Source: Octopus bimaculoides | Taxonomy: Eukaryota | Direction of reading: 5' to 3' | Assembly: GCF_001194135.2 (NCBI RefSeq) | Contig: NC_068985.1 | Location: 55,381,958-55,419,531, forward strand | DNA: 37,574 nt | Shown here: positions 23,750-34,376 of the stretch, in pieces | Layout: the number at the start of each line of letters is the position of its first letter | Numbering within the stretch: position 1 is the stretch's first letter | Notes under the pieces: generated by a model | Databases searched by the model: none | What the model saw: only the letters and a program-made list of their open reading frames with translations | Told to the model about the DNA's origin: nothing | Position numbers and translations under genes: made by a program

Positions 23750-24738
23750 AGATAATCTTGATAATCTTTTAATGGCTGGTTCAATACAAGGTTGGAAGTG
23801 TTGACATACCTGAATCAGGTGACCTTTATCAATTTTGGATATAGTGCTGGTAATAGTGGGTTTTAGAGATGTTATGGGGGGGGGGGGAAGTGTGGACTGA
23901 TCTCTCTCTTGATTACACCCCATATGTACTAATTCAGTGGATTGAGGTCTGGTGAGCTAGGAGGTCATGTGTCTGGGAGAACATGATCATGGAGACTGGC
24001 ATGCATCCATGCTTGATTTGTTGTAGCCTTATGGGCAGAAACTAGTTGGAAGACATATGGTCTTCCATTGCATACTCTGTCTATCCAAGGCTTCACAACT
24101 TTCTCCATACCTCTGTGTAGACAGCAGAATTAACTCTTAAACCTTGTGCAAAAAGTGTGGTGATTTGAAATTTCCATTGTTGCTGATGACTCCCAGACCA
24201 TCACAGTTGTTGGGAACTTAGTATACATGACTGTTGAAACCTCATTTCGGTCTCTGCATAACCATCTGTCATTCCTTCAGTTTACTTTTTGGTCCTGACT
24301 GAAATATTTTTCCATCAGAAAAAACCCAAAATATTCCAACCTCTTGGAATTTTAATGTGTTTAGTAAGTGCTTTGCACAGATTGAATGATTCTCTCTTGT
24401 CTCATCCAGTATATACTGACACCCTCCATATCACATATATCTTGTACAGGATGTCCTCATGCACAACTCTTCTGATGGAGCATTTTGAAACCTTGAGCTC
24501 TGATTGACTCTCTGGAGTTTTTTTATCAATCATTTCTTGGACTTTTTGCACAAAGTTATGTGTTCTGATCATATTAGGATCTTGTGCATATGTTTTGCAT
24601 TTAGCTGTTGATGTTGGATCCCTGTCAGCAGCTTCTAGTTCTTTTCAGTTTTTGATAACAAAGGATCGGGCAACTTTGAGGACTCTTTGTATCACTATGT
24701 TGCACTTTTAAGGTGACGATTACAGCATGCCTTTCCAT
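23750..24738 (-). mobile_element. Decayed maT/DD37D-type mariner-like transposase
   Basis: Frameshifted translation with IRRVVHEDI, KPWIDRVCNGRPYVFQ, PPSSPDLNPLN*YIWG, CQHFQPCIEP. Confidence 0.75.
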
Positions 24739-25157
24739 ATGCTGAGTTAACCTGATGTCTGACATTATTTATCTGAAAAGTAATTTTAAAAAATTAAGTT
24801 AGAAGAAAGAGCTCTTGAAAGAGCTGTCCTCAAAAAATGGATGTACACTGTGCATAAAAAACCCAGCACATGGTGCAAAAATATTTATAAACAAAACATT
24901 CAAACAGTAAGGTTTGAAATGAGATGTCACTACTGTTAATATCATCTGTGGATAAAATTTAAAATTGATGGTACCAGCAGTAGCGTCTGATATCTTGGTG
25001 CTTTACGGTGGTTTAATTAAGACTTTAGCTCTTATTTCTAGCAGGTTGATGCTTTTCTGCATTCTTACACTTCGTGCTAATTTGTATATTATAGCTAAAT
25101 AATACTATTTGCTTGTGAACCACTTATGTTACTACTGTGAATGTATATATATACATA

Positions 25158-25392
25158 CAGGGTTACCCGAAAGTAGGTTTACAGTTACCACATAGCCAAT
25201 TTAAATTTCTTTTAAAACGTTTTATCATATTTAAATTTCTATCTTTCAAACTGAAAAGGGAGCTAGACAAAATTAACTAAATTAGCGTAGAATAATGGTT
25301 TCATATTATTTTATAATTAAGATCTAAACTGTTAATATATGAATGCGAAAGAGATAGTTGAATAACTGTAAACCTATTTTTGGGCCACCCTG
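25158..25392. mobile_element. 235-bp Tc1/mariner-type MITE
   Basis: ~30-bp imperfect TIRs (CAGGGTTACCCGAAAGTAGGTTTACAGTTA and CAGGGTGGCCCAAAAATAGGTTTACAGTTA) with TA on both flanks. Confidence 0.88.
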
Positions 25393-25402
25393 TATATATA
25401 AA

Positions 25403-25430
25403 CTAGCAGTATAACCCGACGTTGTCCGGG
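25403..25430 (-). mobile_element. Helitron-like 3' terminus
   Basis: - strand reads CCCGGACAACGTCGGG hairpin, 8 nt spacer, then CTAG followed by T; 5' end not identified. Confidence 0.55.
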
Positions 25431-26213
25431 TGTGACTTATTACGCCATCTACGATAAGTCTTGCTAGGTGAAAATCAACTAAAAAAGAAAGCCTTACAAT
25501 GAAAAAACCCTTATGATGTAAATATGTTCATAATTCAAAAGACGAAATTAATAGGGAAAGTCTGAAGGCTGAAATTAATTTTTCTAATTCTTCCTTTTCT
25601 TGATGTACTTCAAACAACACTAAAAGAAACAAAATCTTCAAAACAATTTGGTTCTTGCTGCTGCTAGGATTCCTTTAAAATTAGAGATTTATGGTTTCCA
25701 CATTGGTCACCCTACATCAAGGTTCTTTCTTTCATTTTTTAAAATTGAAATAAGTTTATCAGTGGATCAAGGTATGAATACATTTGATCTCTGAGAGTCA
25801 TTTTTGAGAGGCAAGAGAAATGTATTTGAAGGGCATCCATTGATAGAAACTATGCTTGAACCAAGACATTGGAGCAGGAAGTGTTCCTCTGGTCCATTGG
25901 ATCCTATCTCACCATCCAACTCATATCAGCATGGAAACAGATTTAATATGATGATAGTGATGATGTTTAATTCAAACAAATCATCATCATCAGCATTGTC
26001 ATCATTATCGATCTCCTTATCATTGTTTTCACCATCATCATCATGTCACCATCATCATCAGTATTGTTGTGGTTACCTTTTTCCTCCTCTTTATCATTGT
26101 CATCTTCATTGTCATTGTCATCATCTACTTTAATATATTGAAAGACTGATTCCTTCTTTCTCTTCATCTCTTTATCTTAATTTTCTTTCTTTTTTTTTCT
26201 GCTGTATTTTCAG

Positions 26214-26314
26214 GAATGGCAGAAATAAAACCCATTTCAATCTCTAGAAATGATTCTCTGGGGGTGATCTACTGGCACTTTCAAATCTTGGAAACCTTAA
26301 ATTCTGCAACACAG
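26214..26314 (+). CDS. Exon 2 (G-MAEIKPISISRNDSLGVIYWHFQILETLNSATQ)
   Basis: Long pyrimidine tract and TTTTCAG| acceptor; ACAG|GTATGA donor; 101 nt, open in phase 1 to 0. Confidence 0.8.
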
Positions 26315-27297
26315 GTATGAAGATATCTTAGTATCTATATCATAACAACATAAATATGAAGAACTCCAACATATAGTTCTATCTACATTGTTTTAATCTT
26401 TGAAATGGCCTTCAAGACAAATATGTCGAAGATGTCATGTATATTTGGAATTGCGTCACATACGAAGAATATTGGTTAGCAGCAGTTAAGACATATTAAA
26501 ATATATAAACAGACAAGCAATAATTAGTAGCTCCATGACATCAGTTTAAATAGTGTGTGACAGAAAAAGCTCCCATAGTTTACAGTAAAGTTATATAGGT
26601 AATAATAGTGTCTTCATGTAGCTCATGTTTTATAGTTATTTTTTTTCAGTTACCATAATGGTTAACCCTTTAGCATTCAGTTTATTCCTGTGTCAAATCT
26701 AATGCTTATTGATTTACAATCTTTTGAATTAAAGCAGTATTGTGTAGCTTTGCTTTTGAGCAAGTATGATGAGCAAGTGGTTCTATGGTGAATACAATGA
26801 TCCGACTTCAAGTCTTGGTAGAACCTATTTTATTTTGTGAAGGCACATGGTTTGTGGCTTGAGTGTCAGGCTCACAGTCATGAGGTAGTAAGTTCAATTC
26901 TGGGACTGGACAGTGTGTTGTGTTCTTGAGTAAGACGCCTTATATCACATTGCTCCAGTTCACTCAGCTGTAGAAATGAGTTGTGATGTCACAGGTACCA
27001 AGCTGTATCAGCCTTTGCTTTTCCTTGGATAACATCAGTGGCGTCCAATCCCAGTGGCATCCAATCATTCATGACTGATGGGGGGTCTTTTGCCCTTGAT
27101 TATGTAGCTTCGTGATTTTGCTGAAGTGATTGTATATTTTTAGAATGACATTGTAGGGTAGGTATGAGAGGCTGAATCTGGCCAGTTTGAACATAGAACA
27201 GAGCAGAACATTTGGGCCTGAGGAGGGTGGTTTAAATGATAGTGCACACTATGTATTTGCACTTGATCACTCCAGTTTTCTTTCAGGTATAAACATG

Positions 27298-28211
27298 CTC
27301 ACTCTGCTAGCAATGTGCACCAAAGGAGAACAGAGATCAATGATCTGATTTCTCTGGTCAGAAGGTGTGTTAGGGGCTGACATTCATTGCAGACTTTCAG
27401 TACAATATGGGGTCAGCACTCTGCCACTTAGAGGTGTGTATGAGTGGATTGAGAAGTTTAAAAGACAAACATGAAGCACAAAGCGAGAGCAAGACATCCA
27501 TCAAACTCCACCACTGATGTAAGAATCAACAAACCTGAGAGGTGGTTCTGGTGAACAAACGAGTAACCATCAATGAAGTGGTATGTTATTTGCATATTAG
27601 TCACAGTTCTGCATACAAAATCATCCATGACAAGCTTTGCTTCTGTAAAGTCTGTGTGAGGTGGGTGCCATGAGAGATTACTGAATCGCACAGTCATGTG
27701 GAGATCTGTCAATGCTTACTCAGCTGCTGCAATGATGAAGGTAAAGCTTTTTTGGAGAGAATAGTCGCAGGAGATGAGCCTGGGGTCCATCACTTTGAAC
27801 CAGAATCCTAAAGGCAATGTATGGAGTGGAAACACCTGAAATTGCCAGCGAAGAAATTCCACAGAAAAATTGATGCCAACTGTTTTTTGAGATGCAAAAG
27901 GGCCTATACTGGAGCTTTACCTGGAAAGGGGGTCTAGAGTCACTTGTGTAGGCTACAGTGAAATGTTGGTCAGCAAACTGAAATTAGCAATTCACACTAA
28001 ACACAGAGGTCTATTGTCAAAGCAAGTGTCATTGTTGCATGACAGTGCATGCCCACAAGGTCGTCAATTTGCTATGGATGAAGAAGTGCAGCAAGTACTG
28101 CATAAATGGCCACGCAATCAGCCCCAAACCTTCTTCTCTGATGGAATAAGCAAGCTTGTGGAGGACTGGAAAAAGTGCATTGAAAAACAAGGAGACTATG
28201 TTGAAAAATAA
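27298..28211 (+). mobile_element. Decayed mariner transposase in intron 2 of the + strand gene
   Basis: KVCVRWVP, IVAGDEPGVHHFEPES, LLHDSACP and WKKCIEKQGDYVEK* motifs; internal deletion. Confidence 0.88.
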
Positions 28212-28413
28212 TGTAATTGTTCAACCGCCTGCTTTTCTTTTAATAAATCACAGAAAGAAGAGTGCATATAATTTTTGACTTACTTTGACTTACATATATG
28301 CATGTATGTATGTGTGTTTTATGTTTGTTGATGAATTCTTTAGTATGAATTCATGTAATCTTTTAAGGGAAATTTATAATCCAGCAAGATCTCATATTCT
28401 GCTGTTTTTACAG

Positions 28414-28486
28414 ATTTGTCAGGAATATGGAATGACACTGTTTAGTATAAAGCGCCACAAAACCAGTTTCATGGAACTTTTACTGG
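28414..28486 (+). CDS. Exon 3 (ICQEYGMTLFSIKRHKTSFMELLL-D)
   Basis: TGTTTTTACAG| acceptor; TGG|GTATGT donor; 73 nt, phase 0 to 1; pattern A-x-x-x-C-x-x-x-G-x-x-L-x-S-I resembles helix 1 and the following strand of C-type lectin domains. Confidence 0.8.
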
Positions 28487-29199
28487 GTATGTAGCAAATA
28501 TTTTATTCACAATTCTTCTTCAGTCATTGTTGTCATCATTGCCACCATCACTGTGGCTGTTGTCATTCTTTGGGCACAGGTCAGTCCTGATCAAGCAAAC
28601 CTATGATCAAAGATTTTTCCTGTGTATCACAGAATATCCAGGATTACATTCATCAGTTTTACCTTCCTTAATTTTTAAGACAGTATAGTATGTTTTGAGG
28701 GAGATTTGGCTGCTATTTTCAGAAGAATGACTTACCATTTAGAGACTTGGCATTATGAAGGGCATCCAGTTGTAGAAACCATGCTAGAACAGACATTATA
28801 CTTTGATATAGCTCCACAACTCATTGGATCCTATCAAACCATTTACCTCATGATAGCATGGAAAACACACACACATATATATATATATATGCAACAGAGG
28901 CAGTATTAATACAGAGAAGTAATATTTATCCCCACTTAAACATGGATGTTCTATTAGAACAAACTATACTGCAGCAGTTATCCTGAGAGAAAATCTCATA
29001 TTGGCTATTTGGTGCCAACTGCATTCTTCTTTATATTGCTAGCAGGGAATATGCAAAATTAGTTTATTATTAAGAAACAGGAAAAAAGAGAGTTAAAAAA
29101 GGAAAAAAAAGTGTGTGTGTGTTTGGGGGAAGCAACAGAAAATGGAGGGGGTGGGGTGATGGGCCACATGCCCAAGAACACATGGCGGGCTCATCCATG

Positions 29200-29427
29200 C
29201 CCTGCAGCAATGACTGTGATGGCATTGCAATAGAGAGAGGCCAGTGACACTCATTGCAGCAGCCATTTTACCCTGCGGGGCTCATTTCTGCAATGGGCTG
29301 TTGTTATCCCTATTTTGTAGAGGAAATCAGTAGTACAGAGTCCTAGAGCACCTGATGTCTTGACAGTGACTGGCACAAACTGATGCCATGTCTGAAGAAG
29401 TATCACTGTTTTACTAAAGTCTAGAAA
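29200..29427 (-). mobile_element. CRE-clade non-LTR retrotransposon relic (restriction-like endonuclease C-terminus)
   Basis: HQFVPVTVKTSGALGLCTTDFLYKIG...EPRRVKWLLQ*VSLASLYCNAI fits the F.P.AVET.G..G.....F...G......EP.E..WL.QR.S.A..RGNA pattern. Confidence 0.7.
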
Positions 29428-29796
29428 TCTGGTAGAATCATCATTTAATGTCCACCTTTCATGCTGGCATGGGTTGGACAAGAGTTGATCAGGCAGGAAC
29501 CAGCACCAGACTTCTGTGTCTGTTTTGGCAGGGTTTTTATGGCTGGATTCCCTTCCTAGCACCAACCATCCTGCAGAATGGACTGAGTGCTTTTTACATG
29601 ATACAAGCACAGGCGAGGTCAATTTTGGCATGGTTTTTACAGTTGGATGCCCTTCTAAATGCCAACCATTTTACAGTGTGGACTGAAAAAAAGGGAAGCA
29701 GTTAAACTTTAACCATTGTTAAAATCTTTACTGTTTGACAGATATAACTTGATATATAAAGATATAAATATTTGTTTTCTCAATGATTTCTTGCAG

Positions 29797-29883
29797 ACAA
29801 AGTTCGGAAATTTATAGAAGGCAGCAAAGGACAAATAATGTTGGAGGCTTTTGTTTGTCAACGACATTTGGAACATGAAAATG
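29797..29883 (+). CDS. Exon 4 (D-KVRKFIEGSKGQIMLEAFVCQRHLEHEN-D)
   Basis: TTTCTTGCAG| acceptor; ATG|GTAAGT donor; 87 nt, phase 1 to 1; FVCQ resembles the terminal F-x-C motif of CTLDs. Confidence 0.8.
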
Positions 29884-30475
29884 GTAAGTAACATATAACA
29901 ATGGTTAATCTTTGTTTGTCAGATGCTGAGAATATGGAAATAGTGAAACTTAATATTAGTTAATCTTTGTCAAAGACAAACAAATATGAGAATATTTGGA
30001 ATATGGAAGTGGCACCAAACAACAAAAGTGACATACTACAATAGAATACTACCTGATGCCATAATGATATTAAAGGGATATTTTACAGTATCAGAAGAAA
30101 AATAATATCACCACCACCACCACCACCACCACCAATAACAACAATATCAACACCAGCATCACCAGCAGCAGCACTACTAGCTACAGCAGCAGCAGTACTA
30201 CTAGCTACAGCAGCAGTAGCAGCACCACCACTACTACCGCCAGCATCAACACCTGCACCAGCAGCAGCAGCACCACCACTACCACCACTACTGCCACCAG
30301 CACCTGCACCACCACCGTTCCCACAACTGCTGCCATCACCACCACCACAACCACCATTGCTACTATCTCACCACTAGCATCCCTCACCACTGCCGCTGCC
30401 AACGTCACTACCAGCAACACTATCTTATTTGTAAATATCCCAGTGAAGTCAATACTTTTGTCCCTATCTTTACAG

Positions 30476-30690
30476 ATTACTTTCATCGGACTGAAGAGAT
30501 TGAAGTCTGCGCTGAAGCATTACAAAGTGTTAGAGGAAACCATTTCCAGTGTGCATTCTATTGCAGCATCACTAAAAATTGTGTACTTTACTGTTTATCT
30601 TCTCACGTGTGTTTTCTGTATTCTAAATGTACTGGAACCTGCCCCAAGATGGCATGTCTGAAGAAGCATCATTGTTTCGCTAAAGTCTAG
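30476..30690 (+). CDS. Exon 5, terminal, Cys-rich PAN/apple-like (D-YFHRTEEIEVCAEALQSVRGNHFQCAFYCSITKNCVLYCLSSHVCFLYSKCTGTCPKMACLKKHHCFAKV*)
   Basis: TATCTTTACAG| acceptor; phase-1 frame open for 70 codons to TAG at 30688-30690; 10 Cys including C-x3-C-x5-C-x9-C-x-L spacing as in PAN/apple modules. The 3' end is less certain (see finding on 29382-30693). Confidence 0.7.
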
Positions 30691-30748
30691 AAAAATCCAA
30701 AATGAGATAAAACTGTTTCCTTCAAGATTCATTTGTATCTCAACAAGA

Positions 30749-30754
30749 AATAAA
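30749..30754 (+). promoter_or_regulatory. Candidate polyadenylation signal of the + strand gene
   Basis: AATAAA about 60 nt after the stop codon; the hexamer is common in AT-rich DNA. Confidence 0.35.
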
Positions 30755-31511
30755 ACCAATTGTCAAGTTTCATCTGTAGGAACCGATTTATCCAGATTAG
30801 CTGGTTATATCAACAGTAATATAAAAATTTGAGGACCCAATAAACCCAATACATATAATAAATTTTGCTCTGATGCTTTTATCAGTGTTTGTTGTCATTA
30901 TAACTTTATATAAAGGTGGGGAGCTGGCAAAATTTGTAGAGCATCAGAAGAAAATGCTTCATGCTGTTTATTCTGGTTCCTAACATTCAGAGTTTGAATC
31001 CTGCTGAGGTCAACTTTGTCTTTCATCTCTCTTGGGTTGATAAAATAAATGTACCAACCAAGTACTGGGGTCAATAGTATCAACTAATCCCCTGCCCTCA
31101 AAATTGCTGGTATTGTGTCCAAATTAGAAACTGTAGGGATTGAAACCCAAGCATGAAATTACTAGTTCATTATGATGAATGAACCAAACCATGTTCACAT
31201 GAACAACCTAAAACTCATCCAATCGGCTTGAAGCCATGCTGAAGACATCATCTTGAATGTTTTTGAGATTTGTGCCTTTTTCATTAGTTAAGCAGTTTGG
31301 TGCCAACATCATCCCAGGGCGCTGCTGACATTTCAAGCAGGACAGATCTCAGCTTGCACCAAGCAAATCAAGAAAAGTATCTTAACAAGTTTTGGTAGAT
31401 TCATATCATTTTGTCTTTTCACTTTCTAGATAACAAATAGCTGTGCAAATACAGTTAAGTCAATCCCTACGTCCTAGTCTCATTACCAGTGAGGATTTGA
31501 TGATAGACTAT

Positions 31512-32530
31512 GGTTTATGTGTGCGAACTGCCATGTACATGGCAGTAAAACATAGGCCATGACTGCTGAGGACGTGTAGGCTTGAAAGAAATGAAGCTAG
31601 TATGCTCCACTGGATGTGTAACGTCAGTGTGCATACATGACAGAGTGTAAGCGTCCTGAGAGAAAAGTTGGTTGTAAGAAGCATCAAATGTGGTGTGCAA
31701 GAGAGACGACTGTGTTGGTATGGTCATGTGTTACATATGGATGAGGACAGCTGTATGAAGAAGTGTCACACCCTAACAGTGGAAGGAACCTGTAGAAGAG
31801 GTAGGCCCAGGAAGACTTGGGATGAGGTAGTGAAGCATGACCTTTGAACACTGGGCCTCACAGAGGCACTGACAAGAGACCGAGACCTTTGGAGATATGC
31901 TGTAATTGAGAAGACCCGGCGAGTAAAGTGAGATCACAGCCATAGTTGATTACACTGTTGTATAACTGGCCCATTTAAGAGTACCCTTGAAGCATTGGGT
32001 AATATGATTTGCTTCAGAATCCTGTTGAATCAAGTGAAATTGAAATCATAGTCATGGCCAGTGCTGCCTGACTGGCACCCGTGCTGGTGGCATGTAATAA
32101 GCACCATTTGAGCATGGGTAAATGCTAATGCCACCTGACTGGCTTCCATGCCGGTGACATATAAAAAGCACCATCTGAACATGGTCGATGCCTGTGTCCC
32201 CTGACAGGCTCCCATGCTGGTGGCATGTAAAAAGTACCATCTGAACATGGTCAATGCCAGTGCCCCCTGACTGGCTCCTGTGCTGGTGGCATGTAAAAAG
32301 CACCTTGTGAACATGGTCAATGCTAGTGCCCCCTGACTGGCTCCCATGCTAGCATGTAGAAAGCACCCACTACACTCTCAGAGTGGTTGGCGTTAGGAAG
32401 GATATCCAGCTGTAGAAACTTTGCCAGATCAGATTGGAGCCTAGTGCAGCCTACTGGCTTGCCAGTCCCCAATCAAACCTTCCAACTCATGCTAGCATGG
32501 AAAGCGAACATTAAACGATGATGATGATGA
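31512..32530 (+). mobile_element. Second 5'-truncated copy of the same RTE family
   Basis: Collinear with 15490-16470, including five ~65-bp units and the (GAT)n tail. Confidence 0.9.
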
Positions 32531-32633
32531 TATATACATATGTATGCATGCTTAGCCTTCCCTTAATAAAATCAGCTGTTAAACGTTCACACATTTGCTT
32601 CTGTTTTAATATACACAGCCGACTTTATCTCAC

Positions 32634-32661
32634 ACCATGATTATTACAGCAACAATATCAA
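32634..32661 (-). CDS. Candidate 26- or 28-nt micro-exon (V-DIVAVIIM)
   Basis: TTCTATTATTATCACAG| acceptor; donor GTGAGA (28 nt) or GTGTGA (26 nt); phase-1 start fits the exon at 34169-34217. Confidence 0.3.
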
Positions 32662-33139
32662 CTGTGATAATAATAGAACACACACATTGATATCAAAACC
32701 ATGATATTGGTAACCCCATGGCCAAAACCATCAAAACCTTTATAACTAACTCTTCATAAAGGTGACCTGGCAGAGTTGGTTGAGCATCAGAAAAAGTTCT
32801 TTGTGCTATTTGTTCCAGCTCTTTAGTTTTGAGTTGAAATCCTGCTTGAGTCAAATTTGCCTCTCATCCTTTCAGGGACAATAAAATGGACTATCAATCA
32901 ATTACTGAGTTTAGGGTTATCAACAAATCTTTAACCTTCCAATAATTGCTGGCTTTATGCCTAAGTTAGAAACTGAGGTAGCAGAATCATTAGTGCATTG
33001 GAAAAAGTGCCTTGTGGTATTTCTTTCATTTCTTTTTGCTCAAACTTCAAATTTCACTGAGGTCAACTTTGCTTCATAAAATAAACTACCAGAGAAGTAC
33101 TGGGGTCAATGGTATTGACACCCCTGCCCCTACCTCAAA

Positions 33140-33605
33140 ATTACTGGTCCCCATTGTTTGGTCATGAATGACATGGGATTGCACCTAGAAAGTTCCCCTC
33201 CTAGGCACAAGTCTGGGCAAGGTTGTTTATGGAAGTCCAGCAGTCACCCATGCATACCAGCCTACCCTCTCCATGCCACTGATGTTATCCAAGGGAAAGG
33301 CAAAGGCCTATATAGCTTGGCACCAGTGATGCTGCAACTCATTTCCACAGCTGAGCTAACTGGAGCAACATGAAATAAAGTCTTGCTCAAGAACACAACC
33401 TCACTTGGTCACGTTCCATGAGAGTATCTTGGGTGGCCTATGAATTTTTCAGCTGATCCTTGTATATACCACTATCTTTGTCTTTTTTCCTGCTAGTCCC
33501 ACTCACCCTTATATAACGTGGGATGACCATACAGCCTGGGAATTGAACTCACTATCTCATGATTGTGAGCCCAACGCTCTAACAACTGAGCCATGCGCCT
33601 TCACT
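33140..33605 (-). mobile_element. SINE family E; + strand copy at ~26865-27090
   Basis: Shared TTGCTCCAGTTCACTCAGCTG..GAAATGAGTTG...CCAAGCT.TAT.GGCCTTTGC..TT.CCTTGGATAACATCAGTGGC. Confidence 0.75.
33399..33462 (+). mobile_element. Solo right end of the same mariner family, inside a - strand SINE
   Basis: TTGGTCAC...GCCTATGAATTTTTCAGC is the reverse complement of the left end at 12309; followed by TA. Confidence 0.6.
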
Positions 33606-33890
33606 TTGTATACCCAGTAGCTTCCTCCTGTTGTTATCATTAATTCTGTTTTGTCTGTAGACTTCAACTCCAACATAAATTGGTAGAAAGTACCAATTTG
33701 ATCCTGAGTTGTCAATACAACTGATTTTCTTTGGTTCTTTTTGTCAACAACCACACAAACCATTCCATTTGACCACGTCTGGTAATTCCCCAAACTCATC
33801 GGACTCATTACAGCACATCACTGAATTATTAGTTAATCTTAACAATGCAATAAACTAAACGACACATTCAATAACAATTGCCATGGTGTA

Positions 33891-33946
33891 AATATTCTAT
33901 AGAAAGTGAATTACTTTTAATATTCTATAGAAAGTGAATTACTTTT
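33891..33946. repeat. Perfect 28-bp tandem duplication
   Basis: AATATTCTATAGAAAGTGAATTACTTTT occurs twice in a row. Confidence 0.95.
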
Positions 33947-34168
33947 ATCATATCAGATCTGATCATTAGCATTATGTCATCTACAATTCTCAGACATTTC
34001 TTAGTGTCTGACAGATTCTGCTATTTCTTCAATAGATGAATAATTTCCAATTAAACTTCCAGGTTAAAAGGAAAAAAATTTCTTTCAGTTTTGTTTTACT
34101 GTCGAGTGTAAGTCACCAGATAATGATGATATTATTCAAGATGGTTCTTTCAATTTTTAGATACTTAC

Positions 34169-34217
34169 CCTTGTTTGCAGCCTCAAGACTAAGCACACCC
34201 TTAATTGTATGGGTGAT
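34169..34217 (-). CDS. Candidate internal exon (ITHTIKGVLSLEAANK)
   Basis: TTTTAGTTTCAG| acceptor; consensus AAGG|GTAAGT donor; 49 nt, phase 0 to 1. Confidence 0.65.
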
Positions 34218-34376
34218 CTGAAACTAAAATAATCTGGGAAAATGCAAAAATACACTTGGTATCCCAAGTGGACAAAATGAATATACAAATGTAGTCAATA
34301 TCATTATTACAAATTTCTCTTTTTATTGCTGAATAGCCTATTTTCTAAAGTTGTAACACTAGCGTTGTAAACTCAC

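Noticed and set aside
28736-28783. 48-nt - strand exon-like segment with ATG|GTAAGT donor
   Set aside because: Lies inside an antisense RTE tail; at most a cryptic exonised repeat, so not used in the gene model.
33891-33946. 28-bp perfect tandem duplication as a regulatory element
   Set aside because: Simple slippage or assembly duplication; nothing supports function.
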